Assembly (NCBI GenBank): GCA_965116475.1
Contig: OZ220691.1
Location: 544,001 to 608,000, forward strand
DNA length: 64,000 nt
Origin: Gemmatimonadota bacterium
GTDB lineage: Bacteria; Gemmatimonadota; Gemmatimonadetes; Palauibacterales; Palauibacteraceae
Direction of reading: 5' to 3'
Numbering within the stretch: position 1 is the stretch's first letter; each line of letters begins with the position of its first letter. Shown here in pieces: positions 30,468 to 39,804 of this stretch. Position numbers and translations under genes: made by a program. The notes under the pieces are model-generated. The model was not told the DNA's origin and did no database searches. It saw only the letters and a list, made by a program, of their open reading frames with translations.

Positions 30468-31385
30468 CATGTTCCTGACCCGGAGTCGGTGCGACAGATT
30501 CACCGTCCTGACTACACCTTGTTGGCGCCGGTGACCTCCATCGGCGTCCGGCCGCGAGTCCAGCGTCCGGTGTGGGCGCGGTCCTCGTTGTAGTAGCGAA
30601 GGTATCTCTCCAGATCGCGGCGGAGACCCAGGAGGCCGGGTACGAGGTACTGGGCGAAGGCGGGCTTCCAGCACTCCTCGAGGATCGTGCCGTGCACCCG
30701 CTCCACACAGCCGTTGGTCTGGGGCCGTCCGCTGCGGATGAACCGGTGTTCCGCGCCGAGGCTCGCCACCGTGTCCCGGAACGCCTGCGCCCGGAACTCG
30801 TTCCCGTTGTCGGTCAGCACCGCGCCCAGCTCCCGGCCGAACCGCTTCAGATCTCCGGCCACCCGCCGCGCCAGACGGGAGGCGTAGCGGGCGGCCGGGT
30901 TGTGCGGTGTCACATGCAACTCGGCCCACGTATACGCGCTCCCCACGTCGATCGCCGTGTACTGCCACACCACCCCCCGGGTGCCCCTGAGCTTGCCGAC
31001 CCGGAAACAGTCCAACTGCACCAGCTCCCCGGGCTCGTCCACCTCCAGACACCACCCGCTGCTCCACCAAGGCCGGCGTGGCGTTCGGCATCCGCAGGTG
31101 CCGTCGCTCCCGTGGCCTCAGCGCCTCCGGCCCGTAACGCTCCAGATCCCGACGCCACCGGTAGAACGTCGCGGGGTGGATCCCCGAGACCTGGCACGCC
31201 TGCCGCACGTTGCCCAACCGCTCGGCCAGCGCCATCGTCCCCAATCGATACCGGTGAAGCATGTCCTCCTAGGTCATGGTGTTGCTCCTGTGGTTCTGAA
31301 ATCCTTGATCAAACTTCAAACCACCGGATGCCATCACCGCACAGGGGGATGCGCCTGTGTCGCTCCATCTCGGAATCAGGACATG
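30468..31385 (-). mobile_element. IS481-family element (second type), internally deleted, with terminal IRs and flanking CTAG repeats
   Basis: Imperfect IRs CATGTTCCTGACCCGGAGTCGGTGCGACA and TGTCGCTCCATCTCGGAATCAGGACATG; CTAG at 30464-30467 and 31386-31389. Confidence 0.85.
30512..31277 (-). pseudogene. IS481-family transposase, disrupted
   Basis: HTH part (GNVRQAC..SGIHPATFYRW) and integrase core (PGELVQLD, VLTDNGNEF, PQTNGCVER, YYN.DR.H) lie in different frames; TAG at codon 3. Confidence 0.88.
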
Positions 31386-31389
31386 CTAG

Positions 31390-31512
31390 GTCTTCGAGAG
31401 AAGGGGACCCGGAAGCCTAGGAGGAGCCGGAAGAAGTCAACCCGGAAGGAAATGAAGACGACAGCCTGGACCGCTGCCCGCGGCGAGGCCGCCGGGTGTC
31501 AGGCGACTACCG
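31390..31512 (+). mobile_element. IS481-family right-end remnant, copy 3, interrupted by the IS1111-type element (tip continues at 32434-32443)
   Basis: Encodes the RKPRRSRKKSTRKEMKTTA tail, then GCCGGGTGTCAGGCGACTACCG; TACTTGTACA resumes at 32434. Confidence 0.8.
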
Positions 31513-31525
31513 TATGTGGACGCCC

Positions 31526-31803
31526 GGAAATGGGCGAGTACGGATTCGGAACCGAGTCGGTGGCAGTCGGGTCAGGTACTGTCGTATGTCCGGCCTCTTG
31601 CTGCAGCCCCTTTTTGGGCCGCGGGCCCGTATGGTGTTCGTGAGATCGGATCCAGATCGTACTTGCGGGCTCTCAGGCCCTCCGGTAATCATTGGTTCTT
31701 CCGACCCCGTCTTGCTGACTGTGTGCCCTTACCCGTTTCTCGCGTCCTGCTGTCCACCCCTCCCTCCAGCGCCTTTGCTTTCGCTGTTTCTCTCGCCGCC
31801 CGC
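31526..31803 (-). ncRNA. Putative bridge/seek RNA region of the IS1111-type element (boundaries approximate)
   Basis: Target-like loop UGAUUACCG-[GGGC hairpin]-CAAGUACGAU (31656-31691); donor-like loop ACACCAUACG...ACAUACGA (31582-31637). Confidence 0.7.
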
Positions 31804-32340
31804 TCAGGCGACAACTCGAACTCGGTAAGCCTCCTTTCGTGTGGCCAGCGCCCAGACCCTCCGCGCCGTCCTGTTGGCGACCGCCACCGCGACCACTTTC
31901 TTCGGCTTCCGCGCCAATACCCCGGCCAGCCACGGATCCGTGATCTCGCCGCGTCGGCTCGCGTGGCTGAACGACCGCCATGGCTTCCCGTGACCAGGAG
32001 CCGTCTCAGGTCTCTTTGGCCCATCTTCGATATCCTGCCAAGCCTCGGCTTGCCGCCGGTGGTGTGCTGCCGCGGCAGGTCACCGCGATGGCGTTGCAGG
32101 CCTTCGCACCGCCCATGAAGAGCTTCCGGCGCTGCCGAGCGCCACGACCTCACGGCCCCATTAGTGGGCGCCGGCGCACGCCTCCATCGCCACCGTACAC
32201 GGCGGCTGTGAGCCGAGCAAGCCCAGCAGCTTCCCCCGGCCCAACTTCCTGCGGAACGCAACCGATCCGTCGGCCCTCGCCCCGTGCACCTGAAAGCTGC
32301 GCTTTGCCAGATCGATCCCGATGATCGTAACCTCTTCCAC
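31804..32340 (-). pseudogene. IS110-family transposase, disrupted
   Basis: IIGIDLAKRSFQVHG, VAMEACAGAH then stop, PRQHTTGGKPRLGRISKMGQRDLRRLLV, KVVAVAVANRTARRVWA; stop codon, frameshifts and missing middle. Confidence 0.9.
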
Positions 32341-32572
32341 GTGGATGCCTCCTCCCTCGGATGGTCGACTGAATCGCTTCAGCACCATCTTGGCACATCG
32401 CGATGCCGTCGGGAGAGGGCGTCCACTCCATCGTACTTGTACACCTTGTCCACTCACGGCACCGTCCGATATCATCTGGATGCCACGCACTGTATCAGTT
32501 TTTTGTAGTCAATCGCGTTCGATGTCGTTACACAACGGGATTCAAACGTTGGGAAAAGGAGCTTTGTGATCC

Positions 32573-33085
32573 ATGACCATCACGCAAGATTCATATATTG
32601 AAGTCCGTAAACGTCTCGTTGAACTCGGATGTGCTTCGCCGCGCAGCGTTGCAATTCTACCGATGAACTTTGACAAGGTCTCGTCCGTTGATGAGTTCCG
32701 TTTCCCGTTTACAATGCTCACAACGACGAAGCTGCTACAAGCTGTCGGTTTATCAATCGACGATATCATGCCGCATGATTCATCACGACGTTATACGAAG
32801 AATCGTGCTGACGATTGGATTCTGCCTACTCTATTCCTTACTTATTACTGGCTAGCTCAGCAACCGGCCGGCCTCGAGATAATCATAACAGCAATATTAG
32901 AATACGCCGAACGGTTCTATGGTGCGATGCCGACACCACGAGTCTCGATGTCAATTGTAAGGGAACATCCAGATGGCGTGTGCGAGAAGATATCGTATGA
33001 TGGACCCGTGAAGGGGCTCCGGGATCTCACGCAAGTGGTCCAATCAACATCCTTCCTAGGACGAGGAGATGATCTCGATGGATAG
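32573..33085 (+). CDS. Hypothetical protein (170 aa), first gene of an AT-rich pair
   Basis: Clean ORF with AAAGGAG upstream; overlaps the next ORF. Confidence 0.7.
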   Translation: MTITQDSYIEVRKRLVELGCASPRSVAILPMNFDKVSSVDEFRFPFTMLTTTKLLQAVGLSIDDIMPHDSSRRYTKNRADDWILPTLFLTYYWLAQQPAGLEIIITAILEYAERFYGAMPTPRVSMSIVREHPDGVCEKISYDGPVKGLRDLTQVVQSTSFLGRGDDLDG

Positions 33086-33716
33086 GAGTTTCATAGAAAA
33101 AATGAACGAATCAGTTCGCGAATTTGAACGATTCTTGTATATAACGCGATGCTCGAATCTTCAACATAACGCGATAAGCGCAATCGCGCAAACAAACGAT
33201 GAGATTGCAAGAGAAAAAGAACATGCAGTAGATCAACACGATGAAGAATATGCCAACATTCTACTTGGATTTCATTGTGTAATGGGCGCACTGGCCGCCG
33301 AATTATCGATGTATTTGGCGCTCAAGGAACAGAAGCCCGATGCAGCTTGGGATCACCTTGTGGAGGCTCAGGGGGCGCTAGCCGCGGCAGGCCGAGCCTC
33401 GTCAGGTTTCCGACACTTGAGAGTTCGCTATGACAGGCTAATTGCGATCGAAAAGATTGTATTCCCACCGCAAGTGTTCTTGAGTGCTGGCATGACTGTA
33501 GTGCAGGCAGAATGTTCAATCTGCAATAATGACTACACTGATTGCAATCACGTTACTGGATTCCCATATATGGGTAAGTTCTGCAATACGGTAATCACAG
33601 AGGTTGACCTTGATCACGTGGCGATCGTTGAAGAACCAGCGGACAAGAGGTGCCGCGTTACGACGCACAGCTCCGACGACGAGGGACGGAACTGGATGAC
33701 GCTTCGAATGGAATAG
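33069..33716 (+). CDS. Hypothetical protein with helical N-terminus and Cys/His-rich C-terminus
   Basis: GAGGAG Shine-Dalgarno; ECSIC......C.H..G..Y.G..C...I...DLDHVAIVEEPA. Confidence 0.75.
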   Translation: MISMDRSFIEKMNESVREFERFLYITRCSNLQHNAISAIAQTNDEIAREKEHAVDQHDEEYANILLGFHCVMGALAAELSMYLALKEQKPDAAWDHLVEAQGALAAAGRASSGFRHLRVRYDRLIAIEKIVFPPQVFLSAGMTVVQAECSICNNDYTDCNHVTGFPYMGKFCNTVITEVDLDHVAIVEEPADKRCRVTTHSSDDEGRNWMTLRME

Positions 33717-33841
33717 ATCGATTGTCACGGCGGCAGAACTGTACGGTTTCCACCCGAGCCTCGGCCGCGCTGACGCAGGGACGGCTGCTGCGGTTTTCGC
33801 GCCGTATTCCGGGACAGAGATGAGGGACGAAGGATCGAATC

Positions 33842-35062
33842 ATGCCGCAACTGGCGTTTTTTCCATGGATCAACCTTGAGCGCGATATCGAGGTCGGCGC
33901 GTACTCGCTGACACCGTCGGTGCGGGGAGCCCGGCCGGGGTCGGATGTCGAGCGGTAATTCACGCTCGATTCCGTCCTTGCTCCATACCGTAACCGTCGG
34001 GACGAGCCGGTCCAGACTGCAGTGATCCTAGCGGCGCGTGACCGACGGCTGACGGACGATCTGTCCGGGAGGGATAGGGCTGATCTGTTTCTGTTTGCCG
34101 AGTTGTTCGCCTTCGCCGCCTTGTCAGCGCGTGAATTCTTTACTTGGGACTACTTCAACCGCGACCAACTACGGCTTGTGATCGAAGCGTTCAAGGAGCC
34201 GGGCGGCGGCGTGGTTGTGGAGACGCGCCGACGCGATGGACGCGTATCGTCGTGGATCGCCGGCGAGGACTATAAGGTCCAGATGCCGGCGCACGTAAGC
34301 TTGGAAGGCCAGGCAATCCAGCCCGACCGCGCCTTGCTCGACGCGCTGCTGGCGTTGCGAGAGCGAGAGCCGGAGGCGTGGACGGGACTGCACCGCGGTA
34401 TTGTCCTCTTCAACCAAGCCAATACCGACGCACTGGATATGTCACTGGAGATCGAACTGGTGCTTACGTACGCGGCGATGGAGCAAGTACTCGGAATCAG
34501 GTCGCGGAGGGACCAAAGGCGGTTCGCTACTAAGTTCGCCGAAGCGTGGTGGCCGAGCCGGGAGGTACCTCGGTGCGAATGGCGACCCCAGCCGAGGGGC
34601 AGGCCCTGGCCGAAAGGCAGCCTCCGGGCCTGCTGGGCTTCGGACCTGCAGGACTGTCGCGGGAACCTCGCGCACGGGCACAGGGAGGACCTAAAGCCGT
34701 CGCGGTGGACGGTTCGGCAACACCTGTTGCTGACCTCCTTCGCCATCCCCCGGCTCGTCAAGCAAATCCTGTCTCAACTGGACCTCTACGACCCGACGGA
34801 CGAGGACCACCGCGACATCAACGCCCTTGAACCTCTCCTAAACCTGCCGGACGTGTTCGCGCCGCCCGATTTCGACGACGACGAGCATGGCTTCTTGGGC
34901 GAAGATTATGCGTGGCTGCGGGTGCTGCGATGCGAGGGGGATCGCCGGGTCCGTCAATGGATCGAGCGGAGGGCGGAAGAGTTGCTTCTTCGACACGAAG
35001 ATGGTGACGATTCCCCGGCTGACGACCCACTGTTGAACGAGTCTGAGATACCCGAGCCGTGA
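33842..35062 (+). pseudogene. HEPN-like (RxxxxH) protein with one in-frame TAA at 33956-33958
   Basis: ATG at 33842 (MPQLAFFPW) is in frame with ORF 34022-35062; motif RGNLAHG follows a helical YAAMEQVL segment. Confidence 0.6.
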
Positions 35063-35232
35063 ACAGCGCGAGGCACGCCCTTCGTCGAGACGGTGCGCGT
35101 GAGCTGGAGCGACGTCAGAGGCGTGTGGACCCCGAGCGGCATCGATACACGTCCTGAGCGGCTCCGAAACCGTTCGGCGCGCGGCCGCATGGAGGTGCGA
35201 AGGCCATATCGGATCATCGACGCACCGATCCC

Positions 35233-35332
35233 GGGAGCCGGAAAAAGTCAACCGGAAAGGAGGTGAAGACCGCAGCCCGAAGCGGCTGACCTCGGCCGAG
35301 GCCGGGTGTCAGGTGAATACCGCACCTGTACA
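35233..35332 (+). mobile_element. IS481-family right-end remnant, copy 4
   Basis: GGAGCCGGAAAAAGTCAACCGGAAAGGAGGTGAAGACCGCAGCC...GCCGGGTGTCAGGTGAATACCGCACCTGTACA. Confidence 0.82.
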
Positions 35333-35465
35333 CTCTACACTCGGGGCCACCCGCAGCAGTGACCTTAGCGAGGGTACATATCATTATCATACCGACACAC
35401 CGAGTCCAATCTCCACCCAAGCATCCTCCAACTCACTGCCTCCATTGTCAGTGTAGTGGCACGAC

Positions 35466-36302
35466 TCATGCACCCTCGCTTCGATCTCTTCCCATCCGAC
35501 TCAGTATACCTCTTACAGTTATATCCATCTGTGAATCTTTCTTATAGTCCGCAGGAGCTACGAAGTCGACCCGTCGGTCGGCAATCAGATGATGGATTTT
35601 GTTGAGATCTTTATCACTACGCTCGGGATCGTATACTGCGATCGCCCAACCACCTTGTTGCGTCGTCATCTTCATCGCCGGAATGTCCGTCTCACCATCG
35701 CCTATAAAAATCATTCGCTTGAACGGAATGGGGCGTTCGCGGTCAGACATATAGCGGTTGATTTCTTTGTTGTCATAATGGTTTTCTATTCCCTTGTTGA
35801 TGCGGAACAGATATTGTGTTTTAGTCGTATAATTGATGGCTACGCCGGGCCATCGCACATGTGCTCCATCGTAGATGAACTTGGAAGCAAATATATATCT
35901 GAATTCATCGTGGATAGGACAACCTCTAATCATCTCATCAATACCTGACGATATGATATAGTGATCGACAAGCAGGCCACAGTTTCTACCATGTTCGTTT
36001 ATTCGCCTAAACCAACTTCCATCAACCAGACCCGGAAAGAGTTCAGCTTTGGCGCCGTGCTGTCGCAACATCTCTTCCGTAACGTCGACCTTTTGTTCTT
36101 TTGCTTTCGCGATCATCTCGCACATATATATGAGAATCTCGTCAACATTTGCTTGCTTTGCGATGGCTTTGACTCCATCCCAGAAAGGACCATTCTCCAT
36201 CTGTAGCACTTCGGGAATAAAGGTCTGTTCTTGTAGATTCCCTCTGGCGAGTGTACCGTCAAAATCATAGATAAGCGCAGCTCGTTGATAGGTTCCAATC
36301 AT
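35466..36302 (-). CDS. HAD-superfamily hydrolase
   Basis: YDFDGTL (motif I), YIISSG (II), TTKTQYLFRINKG (III), FIGDGETD (IV). Confidence 0.9.
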   Translation of the reverse strand: MIGTYQRAALIYDFDGTLARGNLQEQTFIPEVLQMENGPFWDGVKAIAKQANVDEILIYMCEMIAKAKEQKVDVTEEMLRQHGAKAELFPGLVDGSWFRRINEHGRNCGLLVDHYIISSGIDEMIRGCPIHDEFRYIFASKFIYDGAHVRWPGVAINYTTKTQYLFRINKGIENHYDNKEINRYMSDRERPIPFKRMIFIGDGETDIPAMKMTTQQGGWAIAVYDPERSDKDLNKIHHLIADRRVDFVAPADYKKDSQMDITVRGILSRMGRDRSEGA

Positions 36303-36387
36303 TGTGAGTCCCCTTTCTGTGTGTGGCAGTTTTTCTCGAAGAAGACGTACAAGTTCGGCAATCACCTGACGCCCGGTTTAGCCGACG

Positions 36388-36795
36388 TCAGAGTCGCGGA
36401 CTGCTGTCTTCATTTCGCCCTTGGTTGATTTCTCCCCAACCCTTCGGTTCCGGATCCCATCCTTGAGACCCTGATGCCATGTTGGCCGCGCCATGCTGGG
36501 ACCGCAGTGCAGACGGGATCCGTACAGTGGCAGTCCACTTGCGCCGCGTCGGTGGCCGCTTCCGGGGAATCCCGTACATGTCGACGTAGCTGTGTTTGCT
36601 CGGCCGATTCATCGGAACGGATTCATCAAGGGTGTGCAGGATGATGTGGTCGGCGGTCTCCTCGGGCCGACTCCAGAGTTGCGACGAACATCCCAGGTTG
36701 ATGCCCAGATCCTGTAGGATGCGGCTGGGCTGGTCGTCCTCGCCACCCTCCCGGCGCAGCGACGTGTACGGCTCGATGTAGCACAGCTCCTTCAT
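36388..36795 (-). CDS. Hypothetical protein (possibly a fragment)
   Basis: ORF co-oriented with its neighbours; no motif recognised. Confidence 0.3.
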   Translation of the reverse strand: MKELCYIEPYTSLRREGGEDDQPSRILQDLGINLGCSSQLWSRPEETADHIILHTLDESVPMNRPSKHSYVDMYGIPRKRPPTRRKWTATVRIPSALRSQHGAANMASGSQGWDPEPKGWGEINQGRNEDSSPRL

Positions 36796-36946
36796 TGGCC
36801 GATTCGCATCGATTGCCGTGCGGGGGAACAGGCACTGGGGGAAGCGGTTGCGTCCGCGGCAAGCTCCGGTTGCCGTTCCGGTTGAGCGCCGGGCAATCGA
36901 GGTTGGAGTTGGGTTCGAAGGATAGGATCAGCCGCGAGCGGTTCTT

Positions 36947-38527
36947 TCAGTCGCCCGGCCACTTCTGGGACCGACTCGAAACGGCGTCCACGGCTGCCGC
37001 GAGAGCATCGATGCCGCCCGGTGATGTCAGATCCTGAAGGGCCGTCAGCCCAATCGACTTCTGCGCGGGGAGATCGCGCTCGGCAACGACATAGAACTCC
37101 CAGCTCCCGGCGTCCCGTTGGTCGGCCGTGTCCCCGTCGGCTCCGTGCCACGCGAACACGTAGAGGTGCGCGTGGCGTCCGGGCTTCGCGACCCAGTCTC
37201 CTTCCTTGTCCCAATACCCCGTCCGGGGGGCGATATCGTATCGAGCGGGGCTCTGTCGCTCGGGGCTCTTCCAGGCCTGGGCTGCCGCGGACTGCTTGAC
37301 CTCGAGCCTGATTCCCGACTTGTGCTCGAAGTCCCACGAGTCCCATGGCGTCGTGCGCGCCCAGCCGCTGGCCTTGAGCGTGAGCGCCACGATCGCCTCG
37401 ACGTACTCGGAACGGTGGACGTTGTTCATCACCGGCTCCTTGTACGGCCGGATGACGTCCTCAAGCACGATGGCGTCCGACTGCCACGGCTCCGCCAGCT
37501 CGTCCAGGATCCCGACGATGCGCTCGAGCGCGGCCGCATACCGGTCGGGTCCCTTGCCTCCCTCCGGGATGACCGGAACCCACAACTGCTCGCCGACCTC
37601 GTGGAGTCTCGACCCCATGCGAGCCTCGAGTATTGCCTTGACACCGGGGTTCCAGCCCTGGCCGTCGGCGAAGACCCAATCCACACACACCATCCAGAGT
37701 GGCGTCGAGGCGAACTCCTGATACAGACGTGAGTTGATCCCCAACCAAACACCGAGCTTGTAGCGGCGATCGATGCGCGCGTATCGGCCGTAGCCGTAGC
37801 CACGCGGCGCTACCTGGTAGCTGCCACGACCCGACATGGTCCTGGTCGCCAGCCAGCCGGCCGCCTTCCCGATCTCGGTAACCGTATCGACCATCTCCTT
37901 TCCCGGGAGCGTAGCCTTGCTCTCCTTTGCCTCGGCGAACCGCACGAGTCCTCGGAGTTGCCGGAGGTCCGCCCGACCGAACTCGTCACCCTCCAGCGGT
38001 TCCTTCATGCTGTCCAACAAGGTGGTCCAGTCGATGATGCAGAGGTGCTTCTCCGTCCCATCGATCCGGACGCAGCGCGGATGCTCGAGACCGGTATACG
38101 GGAGTCCCTTCCTTTCGAGCCGGCCGAGCAGCCGCGGCCAGAGCTCCTCCACTCGCCGGGTTGGAACCAGGAACATGAGCACCGAGACACCGGCCGACGG
38201 CAACTGCTCCAGGTAGGAAACGGGCTGAGCCCGCATGAGCGGCGCATCGAACTTGGCCTCGATGAGGAACCGCTGCTCCCCGTTGTCTCCCTTCTGCAGC
38301 ACGTCCGGGCGCCCCAACTCCGGATCGGGAGTCTCCGTCTCGAAGTCCATGCCGGACAACCGCATGCCCGGGACGATTCGCGCCAGCAGCTCGTTCAACC
38401 CCTCTCGCGAGCCGGGATGGCTGTTGAGGATGTACTCGAGCACGGAGCAGGCGAGCACCTCCATCGGTGGATGAAACCGCCAGCTCAGGTGAGTCAGCAG
38501 CGGCTTTGACGTCTCAGTATCACTCAC
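36947..38527 (-). CDS. Protein with two PD-(D/E)XK-like nuclease domains
   Basis: N-terminal GRPDV...FLIEAKF..PL..AQP.SY; C-terminal WDF...SGIRLEVKQSAAAQAW...LYVFAWH. Confidence 0.7.
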   Translation of the reverse strand: MSDTETSKPLLTHLSWRFHPPMEVLACSVLEYILNSHPGSREGLNELLARIVPGMRLSGMDFETETPDPELGRPDVLQKGDNGEQRFLIEAKFDAPLMRAQPVSYLEQLPSAGVSVLMFLVPTRRVEELWPRLLGRLERKGLPYTGLEHPRCVRIDGTEKHLCIIDWTTLLDSMKEPLEGDEFGRADLRQLRGLVRFAEAKESKATLPGKEMVDTVTEIGKAAGWLATRTMSGRGSYQVAPRGYGYGRYARIDRRYKLGVWLGINSRLYQEFASTPLWMVCVDWVFADGQGWNPGVKAILEARMGSRLHEVGEQLWVPVIPEGGKGPDRYAAALERIVGILDELAEPWQSDAIVLEDVIRPYKEPVMNNVHRSEYVEAIVALTLKASGWARTTPWDSWDFEHKSGIRLEVKQSAAAQAWKSPERQSPARYDIAPRTGYWDKEGDWVAKPGRHAHLYVFAWHGADGDTADQRDAGSWEFYVVAERDLPAQKSIGLTALQDLTSPGGIDALAAAVDAVSSRSQKWPGD

Positions 38528-38719
38528 GAATCAGTTCCTCCACCTGACGACATCGGACCGCGTCGGACGAGCGGCACCAGAGTCGGGCCAGATGCGTTCG
38601 CCCGTCAAGGCTCCGACTCTCCCGAGTCCCGGTATCGATTGACCAACAACCATTTGTGGAACATCGTAGGGACTACGGTGAAGTTCTTTTCTCCCCGTTG
38701 GCGAGCACGAGGGGGTGAC

Positions 38720-38941
38720 ATGCGGAAGTGGTTCGGCGACATGATGGCCGACGACGAAGGACGGCCCTCATCCATGCGGGTCACGATGCTGATCGGCATG
38801 GTCGGCGGGATGGGGGTATTGGTCGGGACCGCGTTCGGCGTCGGGGACTGTTCGACAGACTACAGTACGACGCTCACGTTCTTGTTCGGAGGAATCCTCG
38901 GCGCGAAGGCGTGGCAGAAGCACTCCGAGACCAAGAGCTAG
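38720..38941 (+). CDS. Small 2-TM protein, holin-like
   Basis: ATG at 38720 after GGGGG; DDEGRPSSMRV, two hydrophobic segments, GAKAWQK tail. Confidence 0.55.
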   Translation: MRKWFGDMMADDEGRPSSMRVTMLIGMVGGMGVLVGTAFGVGDCSTDYSTTLTFLFGGILGAKAWQKHSETKS

Positions 38942-39024
38942 AGTTCGGCCTTCAGATCAGCATTTCCCCGAGGTCACCAGGTCGTACTTCGTCAATGGCT
39001 TCCCGCATATCGGCGTCTGAATCG

Positions 39025-39759
39025 ATGGTCACGCTTGGAGTCGACCTCGCCTCGCAGCCGAAGCGGACGGCCACCTGCCTGATTCGGTGGGATCGCGGGT
39101 CGGCGCGCGTGGAGACCCTCTCGCTGGGCGCGACGGACGCCGACCTGCATGAGTTGTTCAGGCGCGCGGACAGGATCGGCATCGACGCCCCCTTCGGCTG
39201 GCCCGCGCCGTTCACCCGAGCCGTCGCCGCCTATTCGACAGAGACGGTCTGGCCTTCCACCGCCGTTCCACAGCTTCGGTTTCGACGAACCGATGAGTTC
39301 GTGAGGGAGAGACTGGGTCGATGGCCGCTCAGCGTCTCGTCGGATCTGATCGCGGTGCCGGCGATGCGCGCCGTCCGCCTGCTCGCGGAGGCGTCGGCCG
39401 CCGGTGAAGCCATCGACCGGAGCGGCGGCGGCCGCTTCGTCGAGGTCTACCCCGCAGCCGCCCTCCACGTATGGGGCTTCCCCTCGCGCGGCTACAAGCG
39501 TGCCAAGGGGGCGACGGTTCGAGCCCGGCTCGTAAGCGATCTTGCCGAGCGAACCGTGGACTGGCTCACCCTCTCCGAGGAGGACCGGGCTCGGTGCACG
39601 GCTTCGGACGACATGCTCGATGCGCTCGTCGCGGCCCTGGTCGCCCGAGCGGCCACCACGGGCCGTTGCGAGCCGATTCCTCCCGAAGATCGCGAGCTGG
39701 CTCGGGAGGAGGGTTGGATCGCCCTACCGCAGTCCCGAAGTCTCAACCAACTCGCGTGA
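39025..39759 (+). CDS. DUF429 family protein (predicted RNase H-fold nuclease)
   Basis: LGVDLA, IGIDAPFGWP, FRRTD, VEVYPAAAL, DMLDALVAAL, EEGWI. Confidence 0.88.
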   Translation: MVTLGVDLASQPKRTATCLIRWDRGSARVETLSLGATDADLHELFRRADRIGIDAPFGWPAPFTRAVAAYSTETVWPSTAVPQLRFRRTDEFVRERLGRWPLSVSSDLIAVPAMRAVRLLAEASAAGEAIDRSGGGRFVEVYPAAALHVWGFPSRGYKRAKGATVRARLVSDLAERTVDWLTLSEEDRARCTASDDMLDALVAALVARAATTGRCEPIPPEDRELAREEGWIALPQSRSLNQLA

Positions 39760-39804
39760 ATCGTGGCGATCTCGCGGATCGACGACGTCCCCCGCGCCTC
39801 AGCA

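Larger units (their letters stand above)
31513..32433 (-). mobile_element. IS110-family, IS1111-type element, internally deleted
   Basis: Subterminal IRs GTGGACGCCC (31516-31525) and GGGCGTCCAC (32417-32426), 3 and 7 nt from the ends; CG core at both junctions; long non-coding region 3' of the transposase. Confidence 0.88.
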
